Assembly (NCBI GenBank): GCA_016184125.1
Contig: JACPDG010000066.1
Location: forward strand, 1,145-65,144
Length of the DNA: 64,000 nucleotides
Source: Candidatus Rokuibacteriota bacterium
Lineage (GTDB): Bacteria; Methylomirabilota; Methylomirabilia; Rokubacteriales; CSP1-6
Reading direction: 5' to 3'
The position numbers and the translations under genes were made by a program. The notes below the pieces were generated by a model. The model did not search any database. It saw only the letters and a program-made list of their open reading frames with translations, and had not been told where the DNA came from. Below, in pieces: positions 21,345-33,215 of the stretch. Position 1 is the stretch's first letter. The number at the start of each line of letters is the position of its first letter.

Positions 21345-21445
21345 CGCAGGCGAACGAGCATCCGGCGGGTGCCGCGAGCATGTTCCGGCTGATGGACATG
21401 CGCCTCTGGCTCGAGAAAGCCGAGGCCGAGATCGCGGCGGTGCCG
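21345..21445 (+). pseudogene. remnant resembling the C-terminal tail of adenylate cyclase/AAA-TPR proteins
   Basis: QANEH...AASMFRLMDMRLWLEKAEAEI; recognised from memory, not searched. Confidence 0.45.
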
Positions 21446-21591
21446 CTGTCGTCGCTGATCTCACTCCACCTCGAGCGTCGCGACGACACCCGCGTGGTCC
21501 GCCGCCGGAGGGCCTCGCCGCGGTGATCGGGCACGCCGTCGGCCTGTTCCTCCCGAGGATGACCAGCCGTCCGGCGCCGCGCGCCAACCCC

Positions 21592-22605
21592 TCACGACGC
21601 CGCCGGCGGTATCGTCACGTCGCGCAGCGCCGCCGCGGCGTCCTCCGGTGGCACCGGGTTGATGAAGAAGCCCGAGCCCCACTCGTACCCGGCGACGCGC
21701 GCGAGCTTCGGGATGATCTCCAGGTGCCAGTGGAACTGCTCCGACGCGGGCTCGCGCAGCGGCGCGGTGTGGAGCATGTAGTTGAAGGGCGGATCGCCGA
21801 GCAGCACGCCGAGCCGCTGGAGGAAGTCGTTCAGGACGACCGCGAGGCCCCGCAGCTCGTCGACCTCGGAGTCCTCGAAGGCCGCGCGGTGCCGCGTCGG
21901 CAGGATCCAGGTCTCGAAGGGAAACCGGGGCGCGAACGGCGCCACGACCGTGAAGCCGTGCGCTTCCATCACGAGGCGCCGGCGGTCGCGCCGCTCCTGC
22001 CGCAGGACGTCGCACCACACGCACCGCTCCTTGAGCTCGAAGTACCGGGCGGAGCCGGCGAGCTCCTCCTGCACCATCACCGGGATGATGGGCGTGGCGA
22101 TGAGCTGCGAGTGCGGGTGCTCGAGCGAGGCGCCGGCCGCCTCGCCGTGGTTCTTGAAGATGAGCACGTACTCGAGCCGCGGGTCCTTCTTGAGGTCGCG
22201 CACGCGCTCGCGGTACGCGATCAGGACCTCGGCGACGGCGTCGACCGGCAAGGTGGCGAGCGAGGCGGCGTGGTCCGGGGTCTCGATGACGACCTCGTGG
22301 GCGCCGACGCCGTTCATGCGGTCGTACAGCCCCTCGCCGGTCGGCTCGAGGTCGCCCTCGACGCGCAGCGCAGGGAACTTGTTGGAGACGACGCGGTACC
22401 TCCATCCCGGCATGTTCGCGCCCAGTCCCGCGGCCCGGCTCGCGATGATCTCGGGCGGCGTCTTGTCCTCGTTGCCCTCGCAGAAGACACAGTTCGACGC
22501 GCGCGGCCGGACCGGATCCGGCGCGAAGTCGCTCGGGCGACGTGCCCGCTCGGTGGAGATGATGACCCAGCGGCCGACCACCGGATCCTTGCGAAGCTCA
22601 GGCAC
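21592..22605 (-). CDS. galT: galactose-1-phosphate uridylyltransferase
   Basis: ELRKDP...RARRP, CVFCEGNE, NKFPAL, GASLEHPHSQ. Confidence 0.93.
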   Translation of the reverse strand: MPELRKDPVVGRWVIISTERARRPSDFAPDPVRPRASNCVFCEGNEDKTPPEIIASRAAGLGANMPGWRYRVVSNKFPALRVEGDLEPTGEGLYDRMNGVGAHEVVIETPDHAASLATLPVDAVAEVLIAYRERVRDLKKDPRLEYVLIFKNHGEAAGASLEHPHSQLIATPIIPVMVQEELAGSARYFELKERCVWCDVLRQERRDRRRLVMEAHGFTVVAPFAPRFPFETWILPTRHRAAFEDSEVDELRGLAVVLNDFLQRLGVLLGDPPFNYMLHTAPLREPASEQFHWHLEIIPKLARVAGYEWGSGFFINPVPPEDAAAALRDVTIPPAAS

Positions 22606-22608
22606 CCC

Positions 22609-23595
22609 TCAGTCCTCCCGGGCCCACGGCCGGTCCAGCAACGCATCGAGCGCAGCGCGCGCGCGCTTGCCGTCGAACAGCACCGCGGCCACCTCCCCGG
22701 CGATCGGGAGCGTCACATCGTGGCGCCGTGCCAGCACGAGGGCGCTGCGGACGGTTCGCACGCCCTCCGCGATCATCCTGGTCCCTCGCTCGACCTCGGC
22801 GAGCGTCGCGCCCCGAGCCAGGGCCACGCCGAGCGCGTGGTTGCGCGAGAGCGTGCCCGTGCACGTGAGCACGAGGTCGCCGAGGCCGGCGAGCCCCGCG
22901 AGCGTCGCGCGCAAGCCGCCCAGCGCGACCGCGAGCCGGGTGATCTCCGCGAGCCCGCGGGTGATCAGGGCGGCGCGCGCGTTCTCGCCGAGGCCGAGGC
23001 CGTCCGCGAGCCCGGTGGCGACCGCGATGACGTTCTTCAGCGCGCCGCCCGTCTCGACCCCCACGACGTCGCGGTTCGTGTAGAGCCTGAGCTCGCGGGA
23101 TCCGAGCGTTCGCTGGAGCTCGACGCCGAGGCCGTCGTCGGTGGTCGCGATCACGGCGGCCGTCGGCAGCGCGGACGCGACTTCCTTCGCGAACGTCGGG
23201 CCGGAGAGCGCCGCGATGCGAGCCGCGGGGAATCGCTCTTCGAGCACCTGCGTCATCCGCAGGTGACGCTCCGGGTCGAATCCCTTGGTCGCGGACACGA
23301 TCGCCACGTCCGCGCCCAGGGCCGGCAGGGGCTTCACCGTGGCAGCGAAGAACTCCGACGGCACGACGACGATGACGACGCCGGCCGCGTGCACCGCCTC
23401 CGCTGGATCACGCGAGGCGCCGAGCCCGGACGGCAGCTCGACGTCCGGCAGGTACCACGGGTTCCGGCGCCCCGTCGTGATGCCCTCGACGACCTCCGCC
23501 TCGCGCGCCCACAGCGTCACGCTCGCTCCCGACCGGGCGAGGTGCACGCCGAGCGCCGTGCCCCAGCTGCCTCCTCCGATCACCCCGATCTTCAT
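22609..23595 (-). CDS. gpsA: NAD(P)H-dependent glycerol-3-phosphate dehydrogenase
   Basis: GGGSWGTAL, LSGPTFAKEV, GGALKNVIA, GLGDLVLTC, SRN. Confidence 0.95.
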   Translation of the reverse strand: MKIGVIGGGSWGTALGVHLARSGASVTLWAREAEVVEGITTGRRNPWYLPDVELPSGLGASRDPAEAVHAAGVVIVVVPSEFFAATVKPLPALGADVAIVSATKGFDPERHLRMTQVLEERFPAARIAALSGPTFAKEVASALPTAAVIATTDDGLGVELQRTLGSRELRLYTNRDVVGVETGGALKNVIAVATGLADGLGLGENARAALITRGLAEITRLAVALGGLRATLAGLAGLGDLVLTCTGTLSRNHALGVALARGATLAEVERGTRMIAEGVRTVRSALVLARRHDVTLPIAGEVAAVLFDGKRARAALDALLDRPWARED

Positions 23596-24194
23596 GCCGC
23601 CGTCCGGTCGCCGATGCGACGCTCGGTGCCGGCGAGGAGCCGGGCGATGTTCTCGCGGTGCCGCCACACGATGACCACGGCCACGGCGAGCGCCGCGACC
23701 CACCGTGCCGGCACGTGGCTGTAGAGCACGAGCGCCCCCAGTGGCACGGTCGCCGCCGCGATGACTGACGCGAGCGACGCGTAACGGAACGTGAGCGCGA
23801 TCACCAGCCACGCGACGGCAGCGGGAAGCGTCGCCCAGGGCACCAGCGACAGCATGGCGCCAAAGCCGGTGGCGACGCCCTTGCCGCCGCGGAACCGGAG
23901 GAACACCGGCCAGCAATTGCCGGCGACGGCAATTGCCGCCGCCGCCGCGGTCGTCGGCTCATCGCCGGCTGCGATGCCGCGGGCGAGCGCCACGGCGGCG
24001 GCGCCCTTCACGATGTCGCCGAGCAGGGTCACCGCGGCGGGCCCCTTGCCCAGTGTCCGGAGCACGTTCGCGGCCCCGATGTTGCCGCTGCCGTGGCGGC
24101 GGATGTCTCCGAGCCCGAGGACGCGCGCCACGACGAACCCCATGGGGATCGCGCCGACGAGGTACGCGGCCACCAGCGCCGCGAGCGCGGTCAC
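23592..24194 (-). CDS. plsY: glycerol-3-phosphate acyltransferase
   Basis: YLVGAIP.G, GSGNIGAANV.R, FRGGKGVAT, RHRENI.RL. Confidence 0.93.
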   Translation of the reverse strand: MTALAALVAAYLVGAIPMGFVVARVLGLGDIRRHGSGNIGAANVLRTLGKGPAAVTLLGDIVKGAAAVALARGIAAGDEPTTAAAAAIAVAGNCWPVFLRFRGGKGVATGFGAMLSLVPWATLPAAVAWLVIALTFRYASLASVIAAATVPLGALVLYSHVPARWVAALAVAVVIVWRHRENIARLLAGTERRIGDRTAA

Positions 24195-24760
24195 GACCAG
24201 CGGTCTTGCTCCGGCACGATCGCGCGGAAGTCGGCCTTCGTGAAGAACCGCCAGAAGTAGTCGATCCCGGACACCACGGTAAGCGCCAGCGCCACCCACA
24301 GCACCCCGATCGCCGCCACGTGGAAGGCGGCGGAGCCAACGCCCTTCTCGACGATCAGCATCGTGATCGCGACGTACTGCCCGACGGTCTTCCACTTCGC
24401 GAGCCGGGACGCGGGCACGATCACGCCCACGCCGGCCGCGACGGCCCTGAGCCCGGTGACCAGCAGCTCCCGGCCGATGATGACGACGACCATCCAGGCC
24501 CCGATCTTGTCGATCTGGAGGAGCGACACCAGCGCCGCAGCGACCAGGAGCTTGTCGGCGATGGGGTCGAGCAGCGTCCCGACGGTGGTGACCTCGTTGC
24601 GCCGGCGGGCGAAGTAGCCGTCCGCCCAGTCGGTGATCGCGGCGGCGATGAAGATGGCCGCCGCGATGAGCGCGTGGACACGCGACGACGAGATCAGGAA
24701 CACCATGAGGAGTGGCACAGCCACGATACGCGTGACCGTCAGGCCGATCGGCAAGTTCAC
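24191..24760 (-). CDS. pgsA: CDP-diacylglycerol--glycerol-3-phosphate 3-phosphatidyltransferase
   Basis: TDWADGYFARR...G.LLDPIADKLL, REL.VTGLR. Confidence 0.93.
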   Translation of the reverse strand: MNLPIGLTVTRIVAVPLLMVFLISSSRVHALIAAAIFIAAAITDWADGYFARRRNEVTTVGTLLDPIADKLLVAAALVSLLQIDKIGAWMVVVIIGRELLVTGLRAVAAGVGVIVPASRLAKWKTVGQYVAITMLIVEKGVGSAAFHVAAIGVLWVALALTVVSGIDYFWRFFTKADFRAIVPEQDRWS

Positions 24761-24796
24761 CGCGACGCTCCCTGGCTGGGACGACTGAGCCGCGTC

Positions 24797-24826
24797 ATTA
24801 TCGAGGCGCCAAAACGACCTTGTCAA
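24797..24826 (-). promoter_or_regulatory. internal sigma70-like promoter for pgsA inside the comB 3' end
   Basis: TTGACA-N18-GATAAT. Confidence 0.45.
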
Positions 24827-25619
24827 CGTCTGGCAGGTACACGGGCACCACGGCCGTCGTGTCGAGGGCGAGGCACGCCGCCACGTCCAGCCCGTGCCCG
24901 GCCGCGTCGAGGTGCCGGGCCCATCGCGAGTCGACCGCGAGCCGTCCGACGTCTGCGCCATACCGGCGAGCCGTCGTGACCGCCTCGCGCGCCGCCGCCG
25001 TCGGCGTGGTACCGGGCAGACGCTCCACGAGCAGCCCCGCGCACACGGTGTCCTCGAGCGAGGACCGGCCGCGCTCGCCCGCGCAGACGATCACCACGTC
25101 TCGCGCCTGCGCCTCCGCCCAGGCCGACGCCGCGGACGCGTTGACGAGCGCCGCGATACCGACCGCGGCAGCCCGGCGCGCGGCGAGCAGCGCCCGCGTC
25201 CCGTTCGACGTCGTGAAGACCACCGTTCGCCCGCGCACGCGCTCGGAGGCGAAGGCGACCGGCGAGTTGCCGAGGTCGAACCCGGGGACCATCTCACCGC
25301 CCCGCTCGCCGGCCACGATGGCGCCGCCGTCGTCGAATGCGCCGGCGCGCAGGCGCGCGTCCGAGGGGCCGGCCACAGGGACGACCGCGGCCGCGCCGTG
25401 CGCGAGGGCGGTGATGATCGTCGTGCTGGCCCGCAGCACGTCGACGATCAGCACGGCCGCACCCCCCAGCGCCTCCGGGTCGACGGCGTCGGCGGTCGGG
25501 ATGACCTCGACCCGGACGCTCCGTGTGAACGAGTCGAGTCCCCGAGGAGCGGCCCGGGTTCCCCGGGCCGCTTCCGAGCCGCCAATGGGGGGTTTGGGGG
25601 GCCCTTCGAGGCCCCCCAT
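24798..25619 (-). CDS. comB: 2-phosphosulfolactate phosphatase; N-terminus apparently repeat-derived
   Basis: IVDVLRASTTI, GERGG...FDLGNSP, TTSNGT, SLED..CAG; nearest upstream ATG lies in repeat copy d. Confidence 0.85.
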   Translation of the reverse strand: MGGLEGPPKPPIGGSEAARGTRAAPRGLDSFTRSVRVEVIPTADAVDPEALGGAAVLIVDVLRASTTIITALAHGAAAVVPVAGPSDARLRAGAFDDGGAIVAGERGGEMVPGFDLGNSPVAFASERVRGRTVVFTTSNGTRALLAARRAAAVGIAALVNASAASAWAEAQARDVVIVCAGERGRSSLEDTVCAGLLVERLPGTTPTAAAREAVTTARRYGADVGRLAVDSRWARHLDAAGHGLDVAACLALDTTAVVPVYLPDVDKVVLAPR

Positions 25620-25724
25620 GAACTCAGAGGGTGTGACCAAATACCGTTCCCGAGCCGCGGCCCGGGTCCCCCGGGCCGCGTGCGAGTGCGGGGGGTTTGG
25701 GGGGCTTCGATAGTCCCCCCATGA
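25524..25724 (-). repeat. tandem two-hairpin repeats (copies d, e)
   Basis: TCATGGGGGGACTATCGAAGCCCCCC... followed by TCATGGGGGGCCTCGAAGGGCCCCCC...TCGTTCAC. Confidence 0.85.
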
Positions 25725-25726
25725 TC

Positions 25727-26926
25727 TCAGGCGTCACGCAACGCGCGGATCTTGAGGCGCAGCCCTTGGAGGCTGATGAACCCCTCGGCGTCCCGCTGCC
25801 GGTAGACCTCGTCGCGCTCGAACGTGACGAAGTCGGTCCGGTAGAGCGAGCGAGGCGACCGGCGGCCGAGCACGGTCACGTTGCCCTTGTAGAGCTTGAG
25901 CCGGACGGTCCCGGTGACGTCCTTCTGGCACTCGTCGATGAGCGTCTGGAGCGCCTGCCGCTCCGGCGAGAACCAGAACCCGTAGTAGATCATCTCCGCG
26001 TACCGCGGGACCAGCGAGTCGCGCAGGTGCAGCACCTCGCGGTCGAGCGTCAGGGACTCGAGCGCACGATGCGCCACGTGCAGGATCGTGCCCCCGGGGG
26101 TCTCGTACACGCCGCGGCTCTTCATGCCGACGAAGCGGTTCTCCACCATGTCGACACGGCCGATCCCGTGCTCGCCGCCGATACGGTTCAGGCGCGCCAG
26201 CAGGTCCGCGGGACCGAGCGTGACGCCGTCGACAGCGACCGGATTGCCCTGCTCGAAGTCGACGGTGATCTCAACCGGCACGTCGGGTGCCGCCTCCGGC
26301 GACTGCGTGCGGAGGAACATCTTCGCCGGCGGCTCCGCCCACGGGTCCTCCAGGATGCCGCCCTCGTACGAGATGTGGAAGAGGTTGGTGTCCATGGAGT
26401 ACGGGCGCTCGGCCGTCACGGGCACGGGGATGTCGTGCCGCTTCGCGAACTCGATCATGTCGGTCCGCGAGCGCAGGTCCCACTCGCGCCACGGCGCGAT
26501 GACCTTGAGATGCGGCGCGAGCGCGGCGTACGTGAGCTCGAACCGGACCTGGTCGTTGCCCTTCCCGGTCGCGCCGTGCGAGACCGCATCGGCCCCTTCC
26601 TCGAGCGCGATGTCCACCTGCGCCTTGGCGATGAGCGGCCGCGCGATCGAGGTGCCGAGCAGGTAGCCGCCCTCGTAGACGGCGTTGGCGCGGAGCATCG
26701 GGAAGATGTAGTCGCGGACGAACTCCTCCCGGAGGTCCACGATGTGCACGCTCTTCGCGCCCGTCCTGAGCGCCTTGTCGCGGATGGGGATGAGCTCCTC
26801 GCCCTGGCCGAGGTCGGCGCAGTACGCCACGATCTCGCACCGGTAGCGCTCGATGAGCCAGCGCAGGATGACGGAGGTATCGAGGCCTCCGGAGTAGGCC
26901 AGCACGACCTTCGTGTACTCAGGCAT
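25727..26926 (-). CDS. argG: argininosuccinate synthase
   Basis: [33 protein letters not shown]. Confidence 0.97.
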   Translation of the reverse strand: MPEYTKVVLAYSGGLDTSVILRWLIERYRCEIVAYCADLGQGEELIPIRDKALRTGAKSVHIVDLREEFVRDYIFPMLRANAVYEGGYLLGTSIARPLIAKAQVDIALEEGADAVSHGATGKGNDQVRFELTYAALAPHLKVIAPWREWDLRSRTDMIEFAKRHDIPVPVTAERPYSMDTNLFHISYEGGILEDPWAEPPAKMFLRTQSPEAAPDVPVEITVDFEQGNPVAVDGVTLGPADLLARLNRIGGEHGIGRVDMVENRFVGMKSRGVYETPGGTILHVAHRALESLTLDREVLHLRDSLVPRYAEMIYYGFWFSPERQALQTLIDECQKDVTGTVRLKLYKGNVTVLGRRSPRSLYRTDFVTFERDEVYRQRDAEGFISLQGLRLKIRALRDA

Positions 26927-27845
26927 CGTCGGCTCCTCCTCCGAGCAGTTGCAGGATGACGGCCTTCTGAGCATGGAGCCGATTCTCCGCCTGATCGAGC
27001 ACGATCGACTGCGGGCCGTCCAGCACGGCGTCGGTGACCTCCTCGCCGCGGTGCGCGGGCAGGCAGTGCATCACGAGCGCGTTGGGCCTGGCGAAGCCCA
27101 CGATCGTTTCGTTCACCTGGTAGCGGCCGAAGGCCTCGAGCCGCCGTTCGCGCTCCGCCTCCTGGCCCATCGAGATCCACACGTCGGTGTACAGCACGTC
27201 CGCCCCCGTGGCCGCCTCGCGCGGGTCTTCCGTGACCAGCAGCGACGGGCCGAGGCGGCTTACCTCGGCCTGCACCGCCGGATCCGGCTCGAAGCCGGGC
27301 GGGCACGCCACGCGGACCTTCGCGCCGAGCATGGCCCCGAGCAGGATGACCGAGTGGCAGACGTTGTTGCCGTCGCCGATCCACGCGACCGTCGTGCGCG
27401 TGAAGTCGACGCCCCGCTCCCACAGCGTGAAGAAGTCGGCGAGCGCCTGGCACGGGTGCTCGAAGTCCGACAGCGCGTTGATCACCGGGATCGTCGCCAC
27501 GCGTGCCATCGTCTCGACGGTGGCGTGCGCGTGCACGCGCGCCGCGATGCCGTCCACCCAGCGCGACAGGTTCCTGGCGACGTCGGGCACCGATTCCCGT
27601 GTGCCGAGGCCGATCTCGCTGCCCTGCAGGTAGACCGCGCGCCCGCCGAGCTGGACGATCCCGACCTCGAAGGTCACGCGGGTGCGCAGGGACGGCTTCT
27701 CGAAGATGAGCGCGAGCGTGCGGGCGGCGAGCGGCACGGTGCGCTTGCCGGCCTTCCAGCCCTGCTTGAGATCGGCCGCGAGCCGGAAGAGCCCGAGCGC
27801 GGACTCCCGCGTGAGATCGGCGGTGGTGATGAAGTGGCGCATCAC
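26919..27845 (-). CDS. argF: ornithine carbamoyltransferase
   Basis: [30 protein letters not shown]. Confidence 0.95.
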   Translation of the reverse strand: MMRHFITTADLTRESALGLFRLAADLKQGWKAGKRTVPLAARTLALIFEKPSLRTRVTFEVGIVQLGGRAVYLQGSEIGLGTRESVPDVARNLSRWVDGIAARVHAHATVETMARVATIPVINALSDFEHPCQALADFFTLWERGVDFTRTTVAWIGDGNNVCHSVILLGAMLGAKVRVACPPGFEPDPAVQAEVSRLGPSLLVTEDPREAATGADVLYTDVWISMGQEAERERRLEAFGRYQVNETIVGFARPNALVMHCLPAHRGEEVTDAVLDGPQSIVLDQAENRLHAQKAVILQLLGGGADDA

Positions 27846-29128
27846 GCGAGCCGGGGGTGCGCGGACGCACCCGTGGGGTGCGCGGACGCACCCGTGGGGT
27901 GCGCGGACGCACCCGTGGGGTGCGCGGACGCACCCGTGGGGTGCGCGGACGCACCCGCGCCGAGCGACTTCTCGATGATCCCGAGCGCCCGGTCGCAGTC
28001 CCGCGGCTCCACGATGAGCGGCGGGGCGAGCCTCAGCACGCGCTCCCCGGCCGAGAGCACGAGCAGGCCGGCATCACGGCACGCATCGATGACGGGCGCC
28101 GCGGGACCGCTCAGCTCCGCGCCGATCAGCATCACCGTCACGACGCCGGTGCGGTTCTGGATCCGGGCCAGGCCGTCCACGAGGTACTGGCCCATGCGCG
28201 CCGCGCGTTCGGGGAGCTTCTCCTCGATGACGGTCTGGAGCACGGTGAGCGCGACCGACGTGACGAACGGGGTCCCGCCGAACGTCGAGCCGTGCGTGCC
28301 CGCCGTCAGCACGCTCGCGACCTCCTCGCGGCACAGCATGGCGCCGATGGGCACGCCGTTCGCGAGCGCCTTGGCGAGCGTCATGATGTCCGGGGCGGTC
28401 CCGGCGTGCTCGTACGCCCACAGTCGCCCCGTCCGGCCCATCCCGGTCTGGATCTCGTCGAGGATCAGGAGGATGCCGGCCGCGTCACAGAGCTTCCGGA
28501 GCCCGGGCAGGTATCCGTCGTCCGGCACGTTCACGCCGCCCTCACCCTGCACCGGCTCCACGAGCACGGCGGCGGTGTGGGCGTCGATCGCGCGCTCGAC
28601 CGCGCGCAGGTCGTTGTACGGCACGTGCTTGAAGCCCGGGACGAGCGGCTCGAAGCCGTGCTGGTACTTCTCCTGCCCTGTCGCCGTGACCGTCGCGAGC
28701 GTCCGGCCGTGGAAGGAGTTGCGCGTGGCGATGATCTCGTAGCGGTCGGAGGCGAAGCGCTCGCGGGAGTACTTGCGCGCGAGCTTGATCGCCGCCTCGT
28801 TCGCCTCGGCGCCCGAGTTCGCGAAGAACACGCGGTCGGCGAACGAGTGATCGCAGAGCAGCTTCGCGAGGTGGATCTGCGGCGCCGAGTGGTAGAGGTT
28901 CGACACGTGCAGCAGCGTCGCGGCGGCCTCGCGGATCGCGCCCGTCACCCGCGGATGCGAGTGCCCGAGCGCGGTGACCGCGATGCCGGACCCGAAGTCG
29001 AGGTACTCGCGCCCGTCCGTGTCCCACACGCGCATCCCGTCCCCCCGGACGAGACAGACCGGCGCGCGCGCGCCGTAATTCGGGGTGTGGTACCGCGCGG
29101 ACCACTCGAGCAGCGTCTTCGTGTCCAT
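27842..29128 (-). CDS. argD: acetylornithine aminotransferase with C-terminal (GASAHPT)x5
   Basis: NSGAEANE, SFHGRT, EPVQGEGG, DEIQTG.GRTG, AKALANG, HGSTFGG. Confidence 0.93.
   Translation of the reverse strand: MDTKTLLEWSARYHTPNYGARAPVCLVRGDGMRVWDTDGREYLDFGSGIAVTALGHSHPRVTGAIREAAATLLHVSNLYHSAPQIHLAKLLCDHSFADRVFFANSGAEANEAAIKLARKYSRERFASDRYEIIATRNSFHGRTLATVTATGQEKYQHGFEPLVPGFKHVPYNDLRAVERAIDAHTAAVLVEPVQGEGGVNVPDDGYLPGLRKLCDAAGILLILDEIQTGMGRTGRLWAYEHAGTAPDIMTLAKALANGVPIGAMLCREEVASVLTAGTHGSTFGGTPFVTSVALTVLQTVIEEKLPERAARMGQYLVDGLARIQNRTGVVTVMLIGAELSGPAAPVIDACRDAGLLVLSAGERVLRLAPPLIVEPRDCDRALGIIEKSLGAGASAHPTGASAHPTGASAHPTGASAHPTGASAHPRLA
27854..27958. repeat. 5 x 21-bp tandem hairpin GGGGTGCGCGGACGCACCCGT inside argD
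   Basis: Direct reading; core GGGTGCG-CGGA-CGCACCC is a 7-bp stem. Confidence 0.95.
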
Positions 29129-29146
29129 CACTCTCCTCCGATCGGA

Positions 29147-29225
29147 GTGGGGGGCCCCGACATGGCCCCCCACACCCCCCCAACGCTCGGAAACGCCCCG
29201 GGAAACCCGGGGCGCTCCTCGGGTC
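29147..29225 (+). repeat. two-hairpin dispersed repeat (copy f)
   Basis: GGGGGGCCCCGACATGGCCCCCCACACCCCCCCAACGCTCGGAAACGCCCCGGGAAACCCGGGGCG. Confidence 0.85.
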
Positions 29226-29353
29226 CCGCTCATCGTGGCAAACGGGGAGTTATCAGGGAAATCAATTGTCGTGATGCCAACCATCAGCCGAGATCGCGCT
29301 CGTGCACCAAGGAGGTCACGCATGGAGCGGCCAGGGAGATCGGCCGGGTGGCG

Positions 29354-29467
29354 CCGGGGTGGCCCCCGTCCGCCGCGCGGGAGTGGGACCCCCTCGTACC
29401 GTCGCAGTGCGAAGCACTGCGTTCGGTCGAGTGGGTGACGGAGCGCGGCGGACGGGGGCCACCCCGG
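29354..29467. repeat. perfect 25-bp inverted repeat enclosing a GAA-loop hairpin
   Basis: CCGGGGTGGCCCCCGTCCGCCGCGC (29354-29378) / reverse complement (29443-29467); inner CGCAGTGC-GAA-GCACTGCG. Confidence 0.85.
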
Positions 29468-29520
29468 TGACAGGACCCGGCCGCCTCGCGTGTCGTCGAT
29501 ACATCGCTAACGCCCGCCGG

Positions 29521-31766
<2,246 letters not shown>

Positions 31767-31770
31767 GGGC

Positions 31771-32313
31771 TCACAGCGCCTCGATGGTCACGTGCTCGTT
31801 CGTGAAGACGCAGATGCCGGCGGCGATGCGCATCGCCTCGACCACGATGGCCTTTGCGTCGAGGTCCGAGTGGCCGCAGAGCGCGCGCGCCGCCGCCAGC
31901 GCGAACGGTCCGCCGGACCCGATCCCGATGAGCCCGTCGTCCGGCTCGATGACCTCGCCGGTGCCCGAGACGATCAGCGAGTGGTCGCTATCCGCGATGG
32001 CGAGCAAGGCCTCCAGCCGGCGCAACACCCGGTCGGTACGCCAGTCCTTGGCGAGCTCGACCGCCGCGCGCGGCAGGTTGCCGCGATACTCCTCCAGCTT
32101 CGCCTCGAACCTCGCGAACAGCGTGAACGCGTCGGCCGCGGTGCCGGCGAAGCCGACCACGACCTTGTCGTGGTGGAGCTTGCGCACCTTCTTCGCCTCG
32201 GCCTTGACGATCGTGTTGCCCATCGACACCTGCCCGTCGCCGCCCATCGCGACGTGGCCGCGATGGCGCACGCCGAGGATGGTGGTCGCGTGGACCGGCC
32301 GGCCCGGCATCAT
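31771..32313 (-). CDS. hslV: ATP-dependent protease peptidase subunit
   Basis: HATTI, GDGQV, GFAG.AADAF, WRTD, GSGG. Confidence 0.96.
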   Translation of the reverse strand: MMPGRPVHATTILGVRHRGHVAMGGDGQVSMGNTIVKAEAKKVRKLHHDKVVVGFAGTAADAFTLFARFEAKLEEYRGNLPRAAVELAKDWRTDRVLRRLEALLAIADSDHSLIVSGTGEVIEPDDGLIGIGSGGPFALAAARALCGHSDLDAKAIVVEAMRIAAGICVFTNEHVTIEAL

Positions 32314-33215
32314 CGCGGGCGGCGCGGCGTGGACGCGGCGCGGGCGCGCGGGTGAGCCTGGTCGTACACGCGCATCAGCTGGTCCGCGCTCACGTGCGTG
32401 TAGCGCTGGGTCGTCGACAGGCGCCGATGACCGAGCAGCTCCTGGATCATCCGCAGATCCGCGCCCGCGTCGAGCAGATGCGTGGCGAACGTGTGCCGGA
32501 GCGTGTGCGGGCTCACGCGGCGGGCGATGCCGGCCGCCCGCGCCGTGCGCCGCACGATCGTGTGCATCGACCGCACGGTGAGGCGCCCGCCACGCGCGTT
32601 CTGGAAGAGGGGCCCGGGAGCGGGTCCGCGGCGTGCCAGGTACGCGTCGAGCCGGCGCGCCGCGGACCGGCCGAACGGCACGATGCGTTCGTGTCCGCCC
32701 TTGCCGAGGACGCGCACCGTGGACTCGCCGCGATCCACGTCGTCGAGGTCGAGACCGGCGAGCTCCGAGACGCGGACGCCGCTGGCCCACAGGAGCTCGA
32801 CGATCGCGAGGTCACGCTCGCGCGCGGCCACCGCGACGCCGCGGCCGCCGACCAGCGCCATCGCCTCGTCGATCGGAAGGAAGCCGGCGAGCTTGCGCGG
32901 CACCCGGGGGCCGCGGACGTCGCGCGCCGGGTTCGATCCGAGGACGCCACGACGGACGAGGAAGCGGAACCAGCTCCGCAGCGCGGCGAGGCGCCGCTCG
33001 ATGGACGACGGCTCGAGCCGCCGGGCCGCCAGACGCGCCAGCCAGCCGCGGACCACGCGCGTGTCCACCTGCGTGACGGACGCGCGCTCCCCGAGGGTCT
33101 CGGTCAGGTACGCCTGGAAGTCCCTCAGGTCCGTACCGTACGAGCGCACGGTGTGGTCGGATGCGCCGCGTTCCACGGCGAGATGCCTGAGGAACGCCTG
33201 GAGCGGATCCGTCAT
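32310..33215 (-). CDS. xerC: tyrosine recombinase XerC
   Basis: [37 protein letters not shown]; topA-xerC-hslVU context. Confidence 0.9.
   Translation of the reverse strand: MTDPLQAFLRHLAVERGASDHTVRSYGTDLRDFQAYLTETLGERASVTQVDTRVVRGWLARLAARRLEPSSIERRLAALRSWFRFLVRRGVLGSNPARDVRGPRVPRKLAGFLPIDEAMALVGGRGVAVAARERDLAIVELLWASGVRVSELAGLDLDDVDRGESTVRVLGKGGHERIVPFGRSAARRLDAYLARRGPAPGPLFQNARGGRLTVRSMHTIVRRTARAAGIARRVSPHTLRHTFATHLLDAGADLRMIQELLGHRRLSTTQRYTHVSADQLMRVYDQAHPRARAASTPRRPR

Noticed and set aside
27854-27958. CRISPR array
   Set aside because: The 21-bp units are directly adjacent with no spacers, lie inside argD, and there are no cas genes.
32310-33215. Prophage or island integrase
   Set aside because: The topA-xerC-hslVU context marks it as housekeeping XerC.
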